NCBI GenBank assembly: GCA_973851085.1
Contig: OZ316775.1
Location: forward strand, 19,220,001 to 19,284,000
Direction: 5' to 3'
Origin: Ptychomitrium polyphyllum
Taxonomy: Eukaryota
Length of the DNA stretch: 64,000 bases
Numbering within the stretch: position 1 is the stretch's first letter; every line of letters begins with the position of its first letter. The notes beneath the pieces were generated by a model that had not been told where the DNA came from, did no database searches, and saw only the letters and a program-made list of their open reading frames with translations. Both the position numbers and the translations under genes were made by a program. This document shows positions 13,601 to 25,836 of the stretch, in pieces.

Positions 13601-14900
13601 TTTGTGAAACACAAAACACACAGTCTAACTTAGTACATATCAGCAACTTCTTTTTGGGTATCTCATCTGGTTGTGTTTCATGACATCCTACAGACATTGA
13701 GGAAACGAAAGGTTTGATTCTAGAGGAAGCAAGTACCAGGGAAGCTGGAGGTGGATTGAGGGGAAATATCATTTGTAAAGAGAAAGATGAGAAGTCGGTA
13801 GAGCCAACTGTTTTGAACACGAAGGATCCAAACATTATTGGTCGAATACAACGTCAAGGACGATGGAAAGGGGTTGATCCTGTTCTTTTTCTTGACGACG
13901 AGAAGATTATTAGTAGCCTTGTGGAGTTTTATGGAATCAAAGAAACGTTTTCCGTTCGCCAGCATCTGGTGGTCAGAAGTGGAGATCTTGCACGCTGCAA
14001 ACGTATCTACTATGTATCAGATTCCGTAAGCAACATTATCCAGCAGAATTATCGAGCTGGTGAACAAATGAAGATCGTCTCTGCGGGCTTAAAGATTTTT
14101 GTGAGTTCTTAGGCTATCTATTGAATTCACTGTTAGTCCTTGTTGCACTTTGTATCGATACGAAAGTCTATGACTTGGCGAGGCAGTTGCTAAAGGCTTG
14201 TCTACTATGAGATACTGATTTTATTGGTTGTGCTTCAGGAACGACAACAGTTGAAGGAAGCAGCTTCAACTTGTATCTTTAGGATAGCATCAGAAGGTCT
14301 ACCAGTGCTGTTACCTCACATGACAAAGCAAATTGTAACAGCATCGAGGGAAGACTTAACGCTTTTGCTTGCTAACAGAATTGTTGCAATTTCAGCCTTT
14401 AAAGTCTCCGCCTTTTCAGCTTCCCTTCGAGAGCTGAAGCATGGATGCTGCGTTATAACCCTGCCCACTGGTAGGTTTGAGGACGGTGCCTTTATAATGT
14501 CTTGCCTTTAATGCAATGGTTATGTTATGTGAGCTACACATCCTCTCCCTCAATGGTTAAAGAATCTGTGTATTAACTTGGATGTTTGTTTGCAGAGGAG
14601 TCTGACGCCGCCACCAACACAGGAGCTATGAGTACAGCTGTGACATGCTGGAGAGGCAGGGCCAATATAAGTGTTCTTATAACTAAAGCTGAAGCAAATC
14701 AAATGCATCAGCGCCTGTCTTTTGGGAACGATGTAGCGGAGCCAACACTTGATGAAGCAGCACTTGCGATGGAAGTAGAGTTGAAGCGTACACAAGTTGA
14801 CGATTTAAGTACAGATGTTGGAAGCAAGATTGATCAAGTGGTAGTCTGCACCATGGATGAGGAGCTTCAGAATGGCGCAGGTCCAGGCAAGGCTGAATGA
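7692..14900 (+). CDS. TRM4: tRNA (cytosine-5)-methyltransferase, TRM4/NSUN2 family; multi-exon (about 18 exons)
   Basis: Spliced motifs: [74 protein letters not shown] (SAM binding); [39 protein letters not shown] (motif IV Cys); [17 protein letters not shown] (motif VI Cys); [20 protein letters not shown]-terminal FRIASEGLP. Confidence 0.95.
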
Positions 14901-17192
14901 AGACCAGTTTTGGTGCTGTGGTGTTGAAGATACAGAAAAATTAGTGACGTTTTCCTGCAAATTTGCAGGACGCAGTTTTCCATGCCAGTTTGCTGAATAG
15001 ATCATGAAGTCATCACCTGCTCTTCATTTGTTTGTATTGGTTGTGATCACGTGATCTCTGACATTTTTGAATTGGCGAAGCTCCTTCAAAGGCATTGAGC
15101 ATCTCCCTGAGCTTTTATATACGCGTAAACGTAAATGTGTCGATTGTGCGTTTGATGAAGTTACATCATGGGCTAACGTTCCTGAAATGTTTCATACTCG
15201 CGGGAAAAGACAGTACATACGTTCTTCTGTTTCATACTCAGTCCAGGCAATAGAATTAGCACTAACGTACGTACTAAACCTGACTTACCCATATCACCTG
15301 ACAAATTCGTGCTTTGCCTCGACTTCATCTGAGAGTACTGAAAACAGTCGAGTGTACACCTTCATTATTAGCTACAATTAAGTAAATGCTTGTGTAAAGT
15401 TCTCCTCGCTTACTTCGAAGGGATACAAAATTACTTGCCAGCGTTTGGACTTTGTTTTAAATCGTGCATAAAATTAAAGAATAGCTGGTATTATATATAG
15501 CCCATGGAGTAGGACATGCACAATATAGAAAACTACACAATGGACACACCTAACATGGTCAGAAAGAAGTTATGCCAAAATATATAACCTACGTAGAAAC
15601 ACACACCTCTGAAACAAATACCATTTGTACATAGTATCCCTCTCAGAACATCAACCATATTGAGTGCGTCTACCTTACAGTCATAATCGACATCAATAAA
15701 AGAGAATCTTGCAAGAAAAACCTAAAACAATTAATAAATGATATCATGCGCAAGGCTAAAACAAATCTACTGCTCCGTCCAATAAAACTAAATAAGAAGT
15801 CAGATCCGACATTCTGCTAACACTCACTTGATGATCTGGCTACTTCGACCTCCAAAAACAGGCATTCATATAACCAAGCAACTCATTAACGATCTAACCA
15901 AATTGTCTGATTATGCTACACACGCCTCATACGAAAATATTCTACTACTGCAAACACCTGATGAAAATCCTACTTCTATTTGGCATGATGCGTTCTCATG
16001 CCAGAACGTGCATTCTTCAAGAGGCGCGCCCGTAGTCTTTCATGTCAAACTTTTGGAGCTCCTGCATGGCGTCCGTCTCCTCATCGCTTTTCTCTGATCA
16101 CAGAAATGAGTTACTACACTGAAGAACCCTGAACATGGTGATTTGAGCAAGGATTTCATAACACGTTGCATAATATGAATTAGTCAGTAATAGAAGCTAG
16201 TTTAATAAGTGACTGATATAGATGACGATACATTCTCAAAGGTTCAGACACAGTTTCTTACATCACAAAGTCATCGAGAGTAAGACAACCTGGGACGACA
16301 TTACTAACACCATAGTACCCGACTCCTTTACCCGTTCAACCTTCAATATCTATCTCAAACAGGTAATCCTACACTAGATTATCGTATTTCTACTGGAGCT
16401 GAGTCAGGGTACTTACCATTTTTCTTGCAAGAAGATGAACTTGTAGTAAGCAAGACTTCAATAAACGAGGAAGAGGCAGAAGAATGAATGTTATGCTCGT
16501 CAGCTTTCCAATCCCGTCAAGATATCTGCGTGAACCTAAGGATAACCAAACTGCATAAAAAATTGTGCAGTCAATGATCTGAAACAGATCGAGATATCAC
16601 ATACAAAATACAGGAAACTACTACTAAAGCCATATCAATCGATGAGCAAAAATGGTTGATCCGTTGCTAGTGCAAGTACGACAAAATAAGGTTTTGGACT
16701 GCTAAGGTTCCTTCTGCATCTTATGTAAAAGAACATGACCAGACAATTAAACCTTCGATCTGCCACCGACACAAATCTGATACAAAGTAAAGCTCTGTCG
16801 AAATAAATTGATACAGCACCAATTTAGATGCCTAGCAAAAACTTACTTGAAGCCAAAGAAGCAAGACGAAGCGGAAAGATACATCTTTTAGTTATCCACC
16901 ATCGGATAAAAAAGGTCATATCAGTCTCTGTAGCCTTGTCGCACAAGAACGTGCCTTGCCATCATTCATTGTTGATGCACAAATTAGTGACTTCGTAGCA
17001 TGTCTGTATAAGAGTCATGAACTCGTCAGGTACTTGTACAGACACTGTTAAGAAATCATCAAGACCCGAGGACTGCCTGTGCATCAAAAAAAGTTTAAAA
17101 CTTTCGTAGTATTGGAAAAATAAAGGCCAAAAAAAAGCCAAAAACTGGGAAACCGCACTTACCTGATGGAATTCGTACACTATTGTGATCTG

Positions 17193-20100
17193 TTAATCTC
17201 CAGGAATAACGTAAGACACGAGCCTCCCTGCATCAAAACAACAAAAACCCAACGTGAAACTTCTCACACTTATGCCGGAGGATATTCAAAAGTTAATAAA
17301 CAATCATAATATCCCATCACAAATTGGCTTCTTGATCCATATACTAAGAGATACCTTTCATTAGGACCACAACAGTATCTGAAGACACAGCACCAAGGCC
17401 ATCAACACGGTCTTTCATGAAGACCGCTTGTGAAACTGCACAAAAATACAAACCATCAGGATAGATACCACCCAGTTCCTTAACTGGTATACACATAGCC
17501 TTCTGATTACTTAGCTCAACACTTCAAGATACTAGATACACACAGTGAACCTGGATAGTGCAGCAATGACTACTAGATTAGTTGATTTACGAGACAGAAT
17601 GACCTTAAAGATAGTTCTCAGGATCTTGTGAGGATCAAAACTCCTGTTTCAAAAACCTGAACAGAAACTACCTCGACTACCTGAAAGGGTGGCCTCTGTT
17701 GAAGAAGCATTCATAGCAGCCTTGACCTTTTCTTCATAAAAGCTGACAACATGTACGGAGAACATTCCATCTGAGATCCACAGTCTCCGTTTTACTGCCA
17801 GGAACCGCCAGAACATATCAACATGTCATTTGCACTTCTAGAGCCTGCAGTGTAAACCAAGACCAAGAAGCAAATCCTATAAAAACCAACACTAACTGAC
17901 ACACACACGGGACGAGGAAGATCCTCCTGAAAGCTACCGTCTGACAGAACTGGTCAACAGTAGCATCCTCATGCAATAAAAGTCCAGATGAAATCCCCAG
18001 CATCTTGCTTAAAACTACAAAGATAAGTAGCGAAAGGCAAGCAAACAGAACTGAACCTTTTCCTTCATTTTCATTCAAGTGCTAGAAAAATCTAATACAA
18101 TGAAACTAATAATCACTAAGAGTATATGATGCAAACCACGTAATTTTAACTGCTTCAGAAGGTTTAAAAAGATCAGAGTCTCCACTAAGAAACGTACAAG
18201 GAAGATGAAACGTCGATGACATAATATATAAACAAAAATTCAAAAAGAGACGATTTCTTAGTACAGTACTAGGTCCATCAGTATTCATTAAATATGACAC
18301 AATCCAGTGTACAAAAGATTTACTCAGCCAACAAAGGTAAAAGCTACCTGTCACTGCCGCTGGAGCGAAGAAATCTTGATGAGCCTGAGGTGGAGCCGGA
18401 GGTAGAGGAAGCACTGCAAAGGATCTCACACGCATTGTGCTCCGCAAATGCCTGATAGTCAGATAGGTTCTACCAGGAGATTCAGATTTCTGTTCCTTTG
18501 ATACTTCATGCAAAGTAAGCAAGTGCAGTTCACCCTTCGAATCCAAGACAATACACTCCTTAAGACCAAGTCCTTGAATATCTACTACTTGAAGTAGAGA
18601 ACCTGGTCTAAGGCCCGCGTGTGAGGAGCTCTGTGCAGTAATAACCTCCTCCTCACTGCTAAGGGCAACAAACCACACGCCAGCGGAATCCAATTCTTTC
18701 ATGACCTTCCTACTTTGCACCCTGCTGCCTGTCGCAACCACAGACTCAGCAGCCTGTTGTAAAATCTTTTGCTTCACCAAGTGAGAGGCCACAATCTGAG
18801 CCTCTAACACCGACTCTGCAACTGGAGTTAACCCATTCCTTTGCTGGGGAGGGGTCTTTATGGACTGGTCACCAGTGCATTCTGCAAACATAAACAATCT
18901 TAGCTTTGCCTTATCAAAAAAATCCACAACAACCAAATTGAGCCTTGAAGTCCTGGTGAACAACCTTTAAACCGCTTCTATGTTATTACATGCGTGAGAA
19001 ACTCACCATGCGAGCATAATACTTCGGCATTGGAGGAAGCTGGATCTCCCTCTGTATGTCCACGCAGCGTTGGGCTAATCAATGTCTCCTTGATAGAAGT
19101 ATCTCCATGCTCAGCTGGATAGCTGCGTAATATACCATTGCGGGTCTCATTCTTAATCACCCCTCCTCCCCCTGAAACCCCTCAGCTAATATCTTAATAC
19201 CAATAAGAATTGTTTACTGCTCTAACATTTCTTAACTGCTAAAAAAAATACCCGAACAAAATTCTCATTAGACACATACATCCAACCACTCGCTTACAAA
19301 AATGAATCAAGTCCGATAAACTAGAGGTAAAAGAAGAAATACAAAATAAAGAAACCCTTATTACTAATTATGAATTATTATATGTACTTGTCACTTCAAA
19401 CCTTCAGCGTACATTCCACGCACAAGCATGCGCACATGCCGATTTAAACTGTCGTCATCCACATGTGGGAACTTACAAATTGAATGTCTGGCACAATCTG
19501 CATGTACACGATAGACTGGAGACTCACCATCTTCAATCGTCGTCTTCCCTTCTATTTCGTCTTCTGCAGGAAGATTTTCTGGACACAAGTCTGTTTTGAA
19601 AACTGCTTGTAGCTCGGACAAGCTTCTAAATTCAAAATTACTAAATCTTGAATAACAACCAGAGACTACCTTAGGATTCCGGTAATTTCCCAATCCAGCC
19701 ACGCTGGCACCTACATTAGGCTCACGGGCAGTGTATAAGCCCTTTCTTGACACTTTTTTCACTGTTATCCCTCCAATGTTAACCCTCACGTCCCCGTTCT
19801 CCTCTAAATGAACCCCGTTGTCAGCACTTCTTTTCTCATCCACTTTTCCTAACGCACTGCTAGAATCCACAATATGCTGACAACGTTCGCCACGCCTACA
19901 ATTCTCGCAATCAAACTTTTTACCGGACTGGTGAGAACCCTGTTCGGAAGTTCCCTGAAGCCCTGGCTTAGATTGCACACTACTCTTTCCCGAAGAGCCA
20001 GGTTTTATCAACGGCCTCAACGACCAAACGCGAACACCCTTACTCTCACCCAGAAAAAGATGCAAGCTAGAAACATATATGGAATAAACAGGTCCATAGC

Positions 20101-21723
20101 AACTAACGACAGCACATTTCATCAGAACCAGATGTTTTCTTTCAAATTCTTCTGCTCCGAACACATTTTCGGCTCTCACATTCTGAGTAGAACCTCCAGT
20201 TTGGTCGGACCATTTCCCTGCCATAACCCAAACTTTCCCTGCAAAAAGTCGATAGACCTTAATAAAGAATTTACTTTGCCACACAAAAGAAAAAGCTGTC
20301 CCTTGTTATGGGTCAGACACAGAAAACATCAGCAAAAGAAAATATTCTTTGCTATCTAATTTCGACTGCAAGTATCTGTGTTAGGAGCGAAACTACAGAA
20401 GAGTTAAAGAAGGGGCAAAATCGAGAAAGAAAATCGCAGTAAAATACATAATTCTTGCTATGTAACTTCAAGAACGCCTAGGAAAACCAACTCCGTACGG
20501 AAGAAAACGTTTCCAGCTTTCTACACGGTGTGGTGGTTTTAGAAAGGACCATCAGCCCTAAAGAGAACGAAATTCTCTCATTGCTCTGCAACGGTACGTG
20601 TTAGAGGCAACAAAGAAGAGGAAAAAGCCAAAAAGTGTGAAGTATATACGTGAATGGATCCGTACTCGGTATAACCAGGTACTGTGAACCATCTCATAAA
20701 TTATAAAGCGGGTAGAACACTAAAAGATTTCTGAACTCAATTACTACTATATTTTTTCTGCTCAATGGAAAGAACATGAGGATCAAAGAGAAAGGTGGAA
20801 GGCAGATGGAACACAAAGGTTACAGACACCTAGTCACAGCTTGTGCCAATCAAATGCACGACATACTCTGCAACTCTCTGTAAATACTCTGCAATTTCAA
20901 ATTGTCAGACAAAATCCTCCGTGAATTTGAGCTGCAAAAGAGAAGGAATGTCCATTGACCTAGAATGCACATAAATAGAGACAAATAAAACCCCTGCCCC
21001 TCGCAATCCGAGGCGTTTTCTCTTAAGGTCGAATAGCCATGAAAAAGAAAGCCGAATACCTGCAGAGCTGGAATACACGACAAGCACGTTGATAGACGCT
21101 GCTATCTTTACTGCAAGTCCATGCGGAGCATCAAGCCGCGCAAACACCCTGCCACTTTGCAAATGCTGCGTAGCCCTAACTCTCCCATCCCCGTGCTCCA
21201 ACTCGATTTCCGCACAGGAAAACGCAGGATCATCAGCACAGGACCACGCTCTAATATCGGTACAGGAGCCGCCCTTGCCTGGACGCGCTGTAACAACAAA
21301 CAACTCCCGCCGCAGCGCTCTCGCGAGCCCGCTCGCTCTCCCCTTCCCATTCCCGCGAGCTAATTTCTCCCGCAGAAGCTCCTGGACTCTGGACGTCGGA
21401 GATTCTCCCTGCCCGTTCTCCCCGAAACCTAACCTCAGGGGCGAACCGATTCCGGCCTTCGACAACGCAGCGCCTGTAGGCCCGTAAGCTTGCACGCGCA
21501 GAAAACAAGCATCAGTACAGGGTGCCGGCACCGCAACGGTAGCCACTCCACTCCCGGTTGCGAGCGACACGAGCAAACATGACCTGTCTGCTAACAACAG
21601 AGCCGCCCGCTGCGCCGCGCAGTCCACCACCGCCCTGACGACCGCCGAATGGTGAAACCCTCGCCCCTCGGGCTGCTGTCTGCGTTGTTGCGGTTCCAGT
21701 GCCGCCCCCTTGTACCCCTGCAT
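17193..21723 (-). CDS. Uncharacterised protein (exons approx. 21723-21060, 20238-~19410, 19171-19007, 18885-18349, 17795-17682, 17436-17356, 17228-17193)
   Basis: Three long ORFs (273, 297 and 285 aa) are bounded by GT/AG sites. The terminal exons splice in frame (KRRLWISDGMFSVHVV...VSQAVFMKDRVDGLGAVSSDTVVVLMKGRLVSYVIPGD*). Beta-strand-rich segments (LFLGESKGVRVWSLRPL, CIVLDSKGELHLL) suggest a propeller-like fold (inference). No family could be named with certainty. Confidence 0.7.
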
Positions 21724-24557
21724 CACACCCGCTCCCCCTCCGCCTCTTCATCCGCTTCCCCCCTCTCGTCCCGTTGCTCTGCTCTCTGGCCGCAAGCGGA
21801 GCCACAACGACCACCACACCATCGCCGCTCTCTCGTCGCCTCCCCCTCTCGCTCTCACATAATTTCGGCGACGAGCTTTCGACTGTGTGAATGATTGCCC
21901 GCCTTCGCTCTCTATCCCAGACTATGTCTCTCGCCCCCAGGGAGTGATAACTCGTTTATAGTCAGGTGGTACTCGTGTAATATTGATGTCATACATAGGT
22001 GGTACTCAGGAGGGTATCTTGAAAACATTGGACAAGATTCAATTGCGTTGTGAAGGTTCGTCGCTAAAGCTGCCCCCGCCTCCCTCTCCATCAGGGGAGT
22101 AGCTCTGTGCACTTTTATATGATACTCAGGTGTTACTTGTGTGGAATTGGGTGATACTCTGGCGGATATTACGAAATGGATACAGGAGTCCTCCGTTATG
22201 AATCTGTCTGGGATGATTGTGCACCATGCTTTGCTCAAGACTGCCTGTCATCCTCTCTCTGTGCGTATAGTGAATGAAGAGTTTTAGTATGTTTTTTGTG
22301 TACAGATAATGGAAAAGAAATTAATAAACATTTCGAATGTGTAAGTATTCTTATAAGGATACTTAAGGTTTTTCTTTTTCTTTCTTTTTCTTCTTTTAAA
22401 AATAAACAAGGTCTTTATCCATTGCAAAGTAAAATAAGTCTCTGTGACACACCGTCACAAACATATATACATGAATATGAATCGTTCTCAAAACCTCCTA
22501 TTATGATTATTATGATTACTATTAGGCCAACAGTTCAAGTTCAAATTCTAAAACCAAGAGTAGATACACTTGTGCATTACCAATTCATAAATTGATTACA
22601 ATAAAACATTTTTGAATTTTTTAAGTTATTTTAAATATATCTTAATCAACTCGTGTGTAGGTCAAAATGGATTTTAATTTTTTAAAATAAAAGCTTAAAA
22701 TAAAAATAATGAATTTTTTGTAGATTTGATTAAGTATATGGTCGAATCCATTATAAATAACTTAATAACATATACTTTGTGATGAATAATCTTTTTATAT
22801 AAATCATTTACTATAAAATTTCCAAAATAATACCATTGTGTCAAAATAATTTAAAAGCTTGATATTCTTAATTGGATTAGATATACAATAATAATTAAAT
22901 TTTAGAACTCAATGTTGTAAATTGTATAAAAAATATGGAATTAAAGTGTTTTATAAAGACATCATTTGTTGTGCAATTAATCATTATAGAATATGGTTCA
23001 GTTTATTTGTATGAATAATAAAAAATTTATCTTTCATAATATACAAATTAACAAAAGAAAAACTAACAACACTTGAATAAATGGTTTTTTGAAGAACTAA
23101 TAATATTAAAAAGATCATTATAAATAATTTTAATATTAAAAAGGAGTTTGATTTTGCTTGGAATTTTTAATTTATCTTTGCAATGATTGATTAAATGATT
23201 AATTGCTTAGTACTTAAATAAAAGAAAAAATAGACTTTTGAACCTTCATAATCAAAAATAATAAATTCTTATATATATTCAAATTTCCTAATGTTGTAAA
23301 AACTTTCTTCTTTTTAATTTTTATAAATTAAAAACATTATTTCTTTGTAGAGGTTTTTTGTGATATTTTGAAAACCTAATAAGACTTTGGAAATGAATAA
23401 ATTGGTTCTTTTATAAATATTACGTTCATACTTTTAATCATTGTTTTCACCATCTTTTATACAAAATTCTAGCATGTTTATTTTATTTTATTTTGATGCT
23501 TCTATTAGAATATAAGGAGATATTAAAATTTATTCCATTTGGCTACATTAATGATTTCTTTTGTAATAACAAAGTAAGTCATTTGAGATACACCTCTATT
23601 ATTATATCAATTTTTCCAAATTTGAAATGCACAATAAATTCATAATTAATGCAACTAATTCTTTATACAAATTAAGAAAGTTTTGTATAAAAATATTTTG
23701 AACAATAGTTCTATCAAACTGTAAACTATGTACCAATCAAGAGACGGACAGACAAATACTGTGGAAAAATAAGAAGAATGAAGAAAGACCAAACCCATGG
23801 TTCTGCATCTATTTTAAGTTCTGTTGACCTTCATTGTGTGTCTCCAACTCTTCCCAACTCAATATAGACGTTTTCAAAACCTTGGTTTGTTATTATAAAT
23901 CTTAATGGATTTCAGTAAGTCTTTTTGCAGCCTACCTCGGCCTTTGTAACTATTAGGGTTTGGTAATTTAACGTCATTTCAAATTGCAGCACAGTATCTT
24001 TCTATCTACAATCTTTTTGTCAAGCTGTAAAAACGTATGTATTGTTCGTACGTTGAATTGATGTGTCTTTGTTAGATATGATTGACAAAAAAAGTTTGGC
24101 CATAAACATGGTATGTTTACAAAAACGTGCATCGTGTGGTATTTTATGCCAATGACGAAAACTTTCACATAATATATGTTATTGTTTTCGTTCATTGGCA
24201 AACCAAAGCCAGAAACATACATTCCATTAAGTACAATACCAGTTAAACACCATTCTCTTAACATTTCGTATACAAAATGCTGTAGTTCGAAGGCCTTCAC
24301 ACAGGCAGCACCCTAGTGAGGTTCTTGGCTATTGTTACTTTCCAAGATCAGTAAGGCTGGTCTTACTCGACAAATTGTATTTCTTTCTCACAATGAAAGA
24401 AAAAATGTTCTACCCAGTGCAAACTCAACAAACAAACAAAAAATAAATAAAAGAAAAATACAGAAGGATACAGTAGAGAGAGAGGGCCAGAAAGGACGAT
24501 TTATGCATGTTGTTGAGCAAGGCATCATATATACAAAGTCTCAGTAGCACGTATACT

Positions 24558-25680
24558 CTACTTCTTCGACTTCTTGGCAGGGGCAACGCTAGCTGGAGCA
24601 GCAGGTGCTGGAGCCTCGGCAGGGGCACTCTCAGAGATGCCCTGAGCCTGGCGCTCCTCTCTCCTGGCGAGCTTGCGCTCCCTGATGGCCTTGTTCTTAG
24701 CACGCCTAGCCTCGAACTGGTCAGACAGAGTCTTCTCACGTGCCTTCTCGGCCTTGGACTTGTGAATACTCTCCATCAACACACGCTTGTTCTTGAATAC
24801 ATTTCCTTTTACCTTCATGTACATGTCGTGGTACATATGCTTGTCGATCTTCTTTGCGTCACGGTACTTGCGGAGAAGACGCCTCAGCACACGCATGCGT
24901 CGCAGCCACAACACCTGCATCACAGGAAAGGATTTTGAGGGTTTTAGAATATAATCGTATAGACCTGGAAGAGTTGCTCAATGGACTGCAAAAGCTGGTG
25001 CTATCACACAAGGAGCGCAATCCATTGGAGGAAACTCGAGCACGAGGGTTCAGAGTTCGATGAATGGACACATGAAAGAAAGCGAGTAAGCAGTGATTGT
25101 AAGAATGCTGGATTTCAGCAGCACTAGCGTACCCGCGACCCGTCAAGCCCAGCCAAGCAAGTGTAATTACAAGACACGACCAGGCGTTACATTGCCAAGA
25201 TAATCATTACAATTCGACAACGAAGACAACAGGGTACAGCTTCAATTCAAGAATGGGACAAAAGGAACCAGAAAAGAACAAAACGCGTCGCAACCATTAA
25301 ACGTCAGGGAACGCCGAGACTGAGCTACCAACCACAACAATACCGTTTCATTACCACCTCAAACTACTCAAGACTCAAGAACCTCTCACAAGAGAGCAAT
25401 TCACCTTGGTCGGAAGCCGAGCCTCCCGAGTGCCACGCCGCTTTCCGTACCCCGAGTGACGGCCCTTCCGCTTGGCCTCCAAAGCACGGCGAGCGCGCGC
25501 TCGGGAGTGGATCTTCTGCGGCTTCCGAATGACGAACCCGTCCTTGACAAGCTTCCGAATGTTCTGTCGGCTGTTGGCCATGGAGATTTCGTTGATCTCA
25601 TTAGGGTCCAGCCATACCTTACGTTCACCGCACTTGAGCACAGAAGCAGCGAGCCGCTTCTGCAGCTTGAGGGACACCAT
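24558..25680 (-). CDS. RPL19: 60S ribosomal protein L19 (eL19); 2 exons, 25680-25405 and 24914-24558
   Basis: [28 protein letters not shown]...[68 protein letters not shown]; phase-0 GT-AG intron. Confidence 0.98.
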
Positions 25681-25754
25681 AGCTGGTGACGGCGTGCACA
25701 GAGCAGAGCCGAGCAGAGGAGAGTAGAGAGATAAAGCGGTGGGTGGAGCACAGG

Positions 25755-25836
25755 CTAACCCTAAGTGACGAACTGCAAAGAGGGCGAGTGTTGCTGAGCA
25801 TTGCCCTAATGTATGTCTTAGCACCGGTGTGGGCCC
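25755..25836. promoter_or_regulatory. Telo-box-like element plus site II-like element upstream of RPL19
   Basis: CTAACCCTAA near 25755 and GTGGGCCC near 25829. Telo box with site II is the established plant ribosomal-protein promoter module. Confidence 0.45.

Noticed and set aside
22300..24300. Very AT-rich spacer with a faint integrase-like phrase (KLYKKYGIK)
   Set aside because: Too degenerate to support a transposon call by eye; probably an old TE relic but unverifiable.
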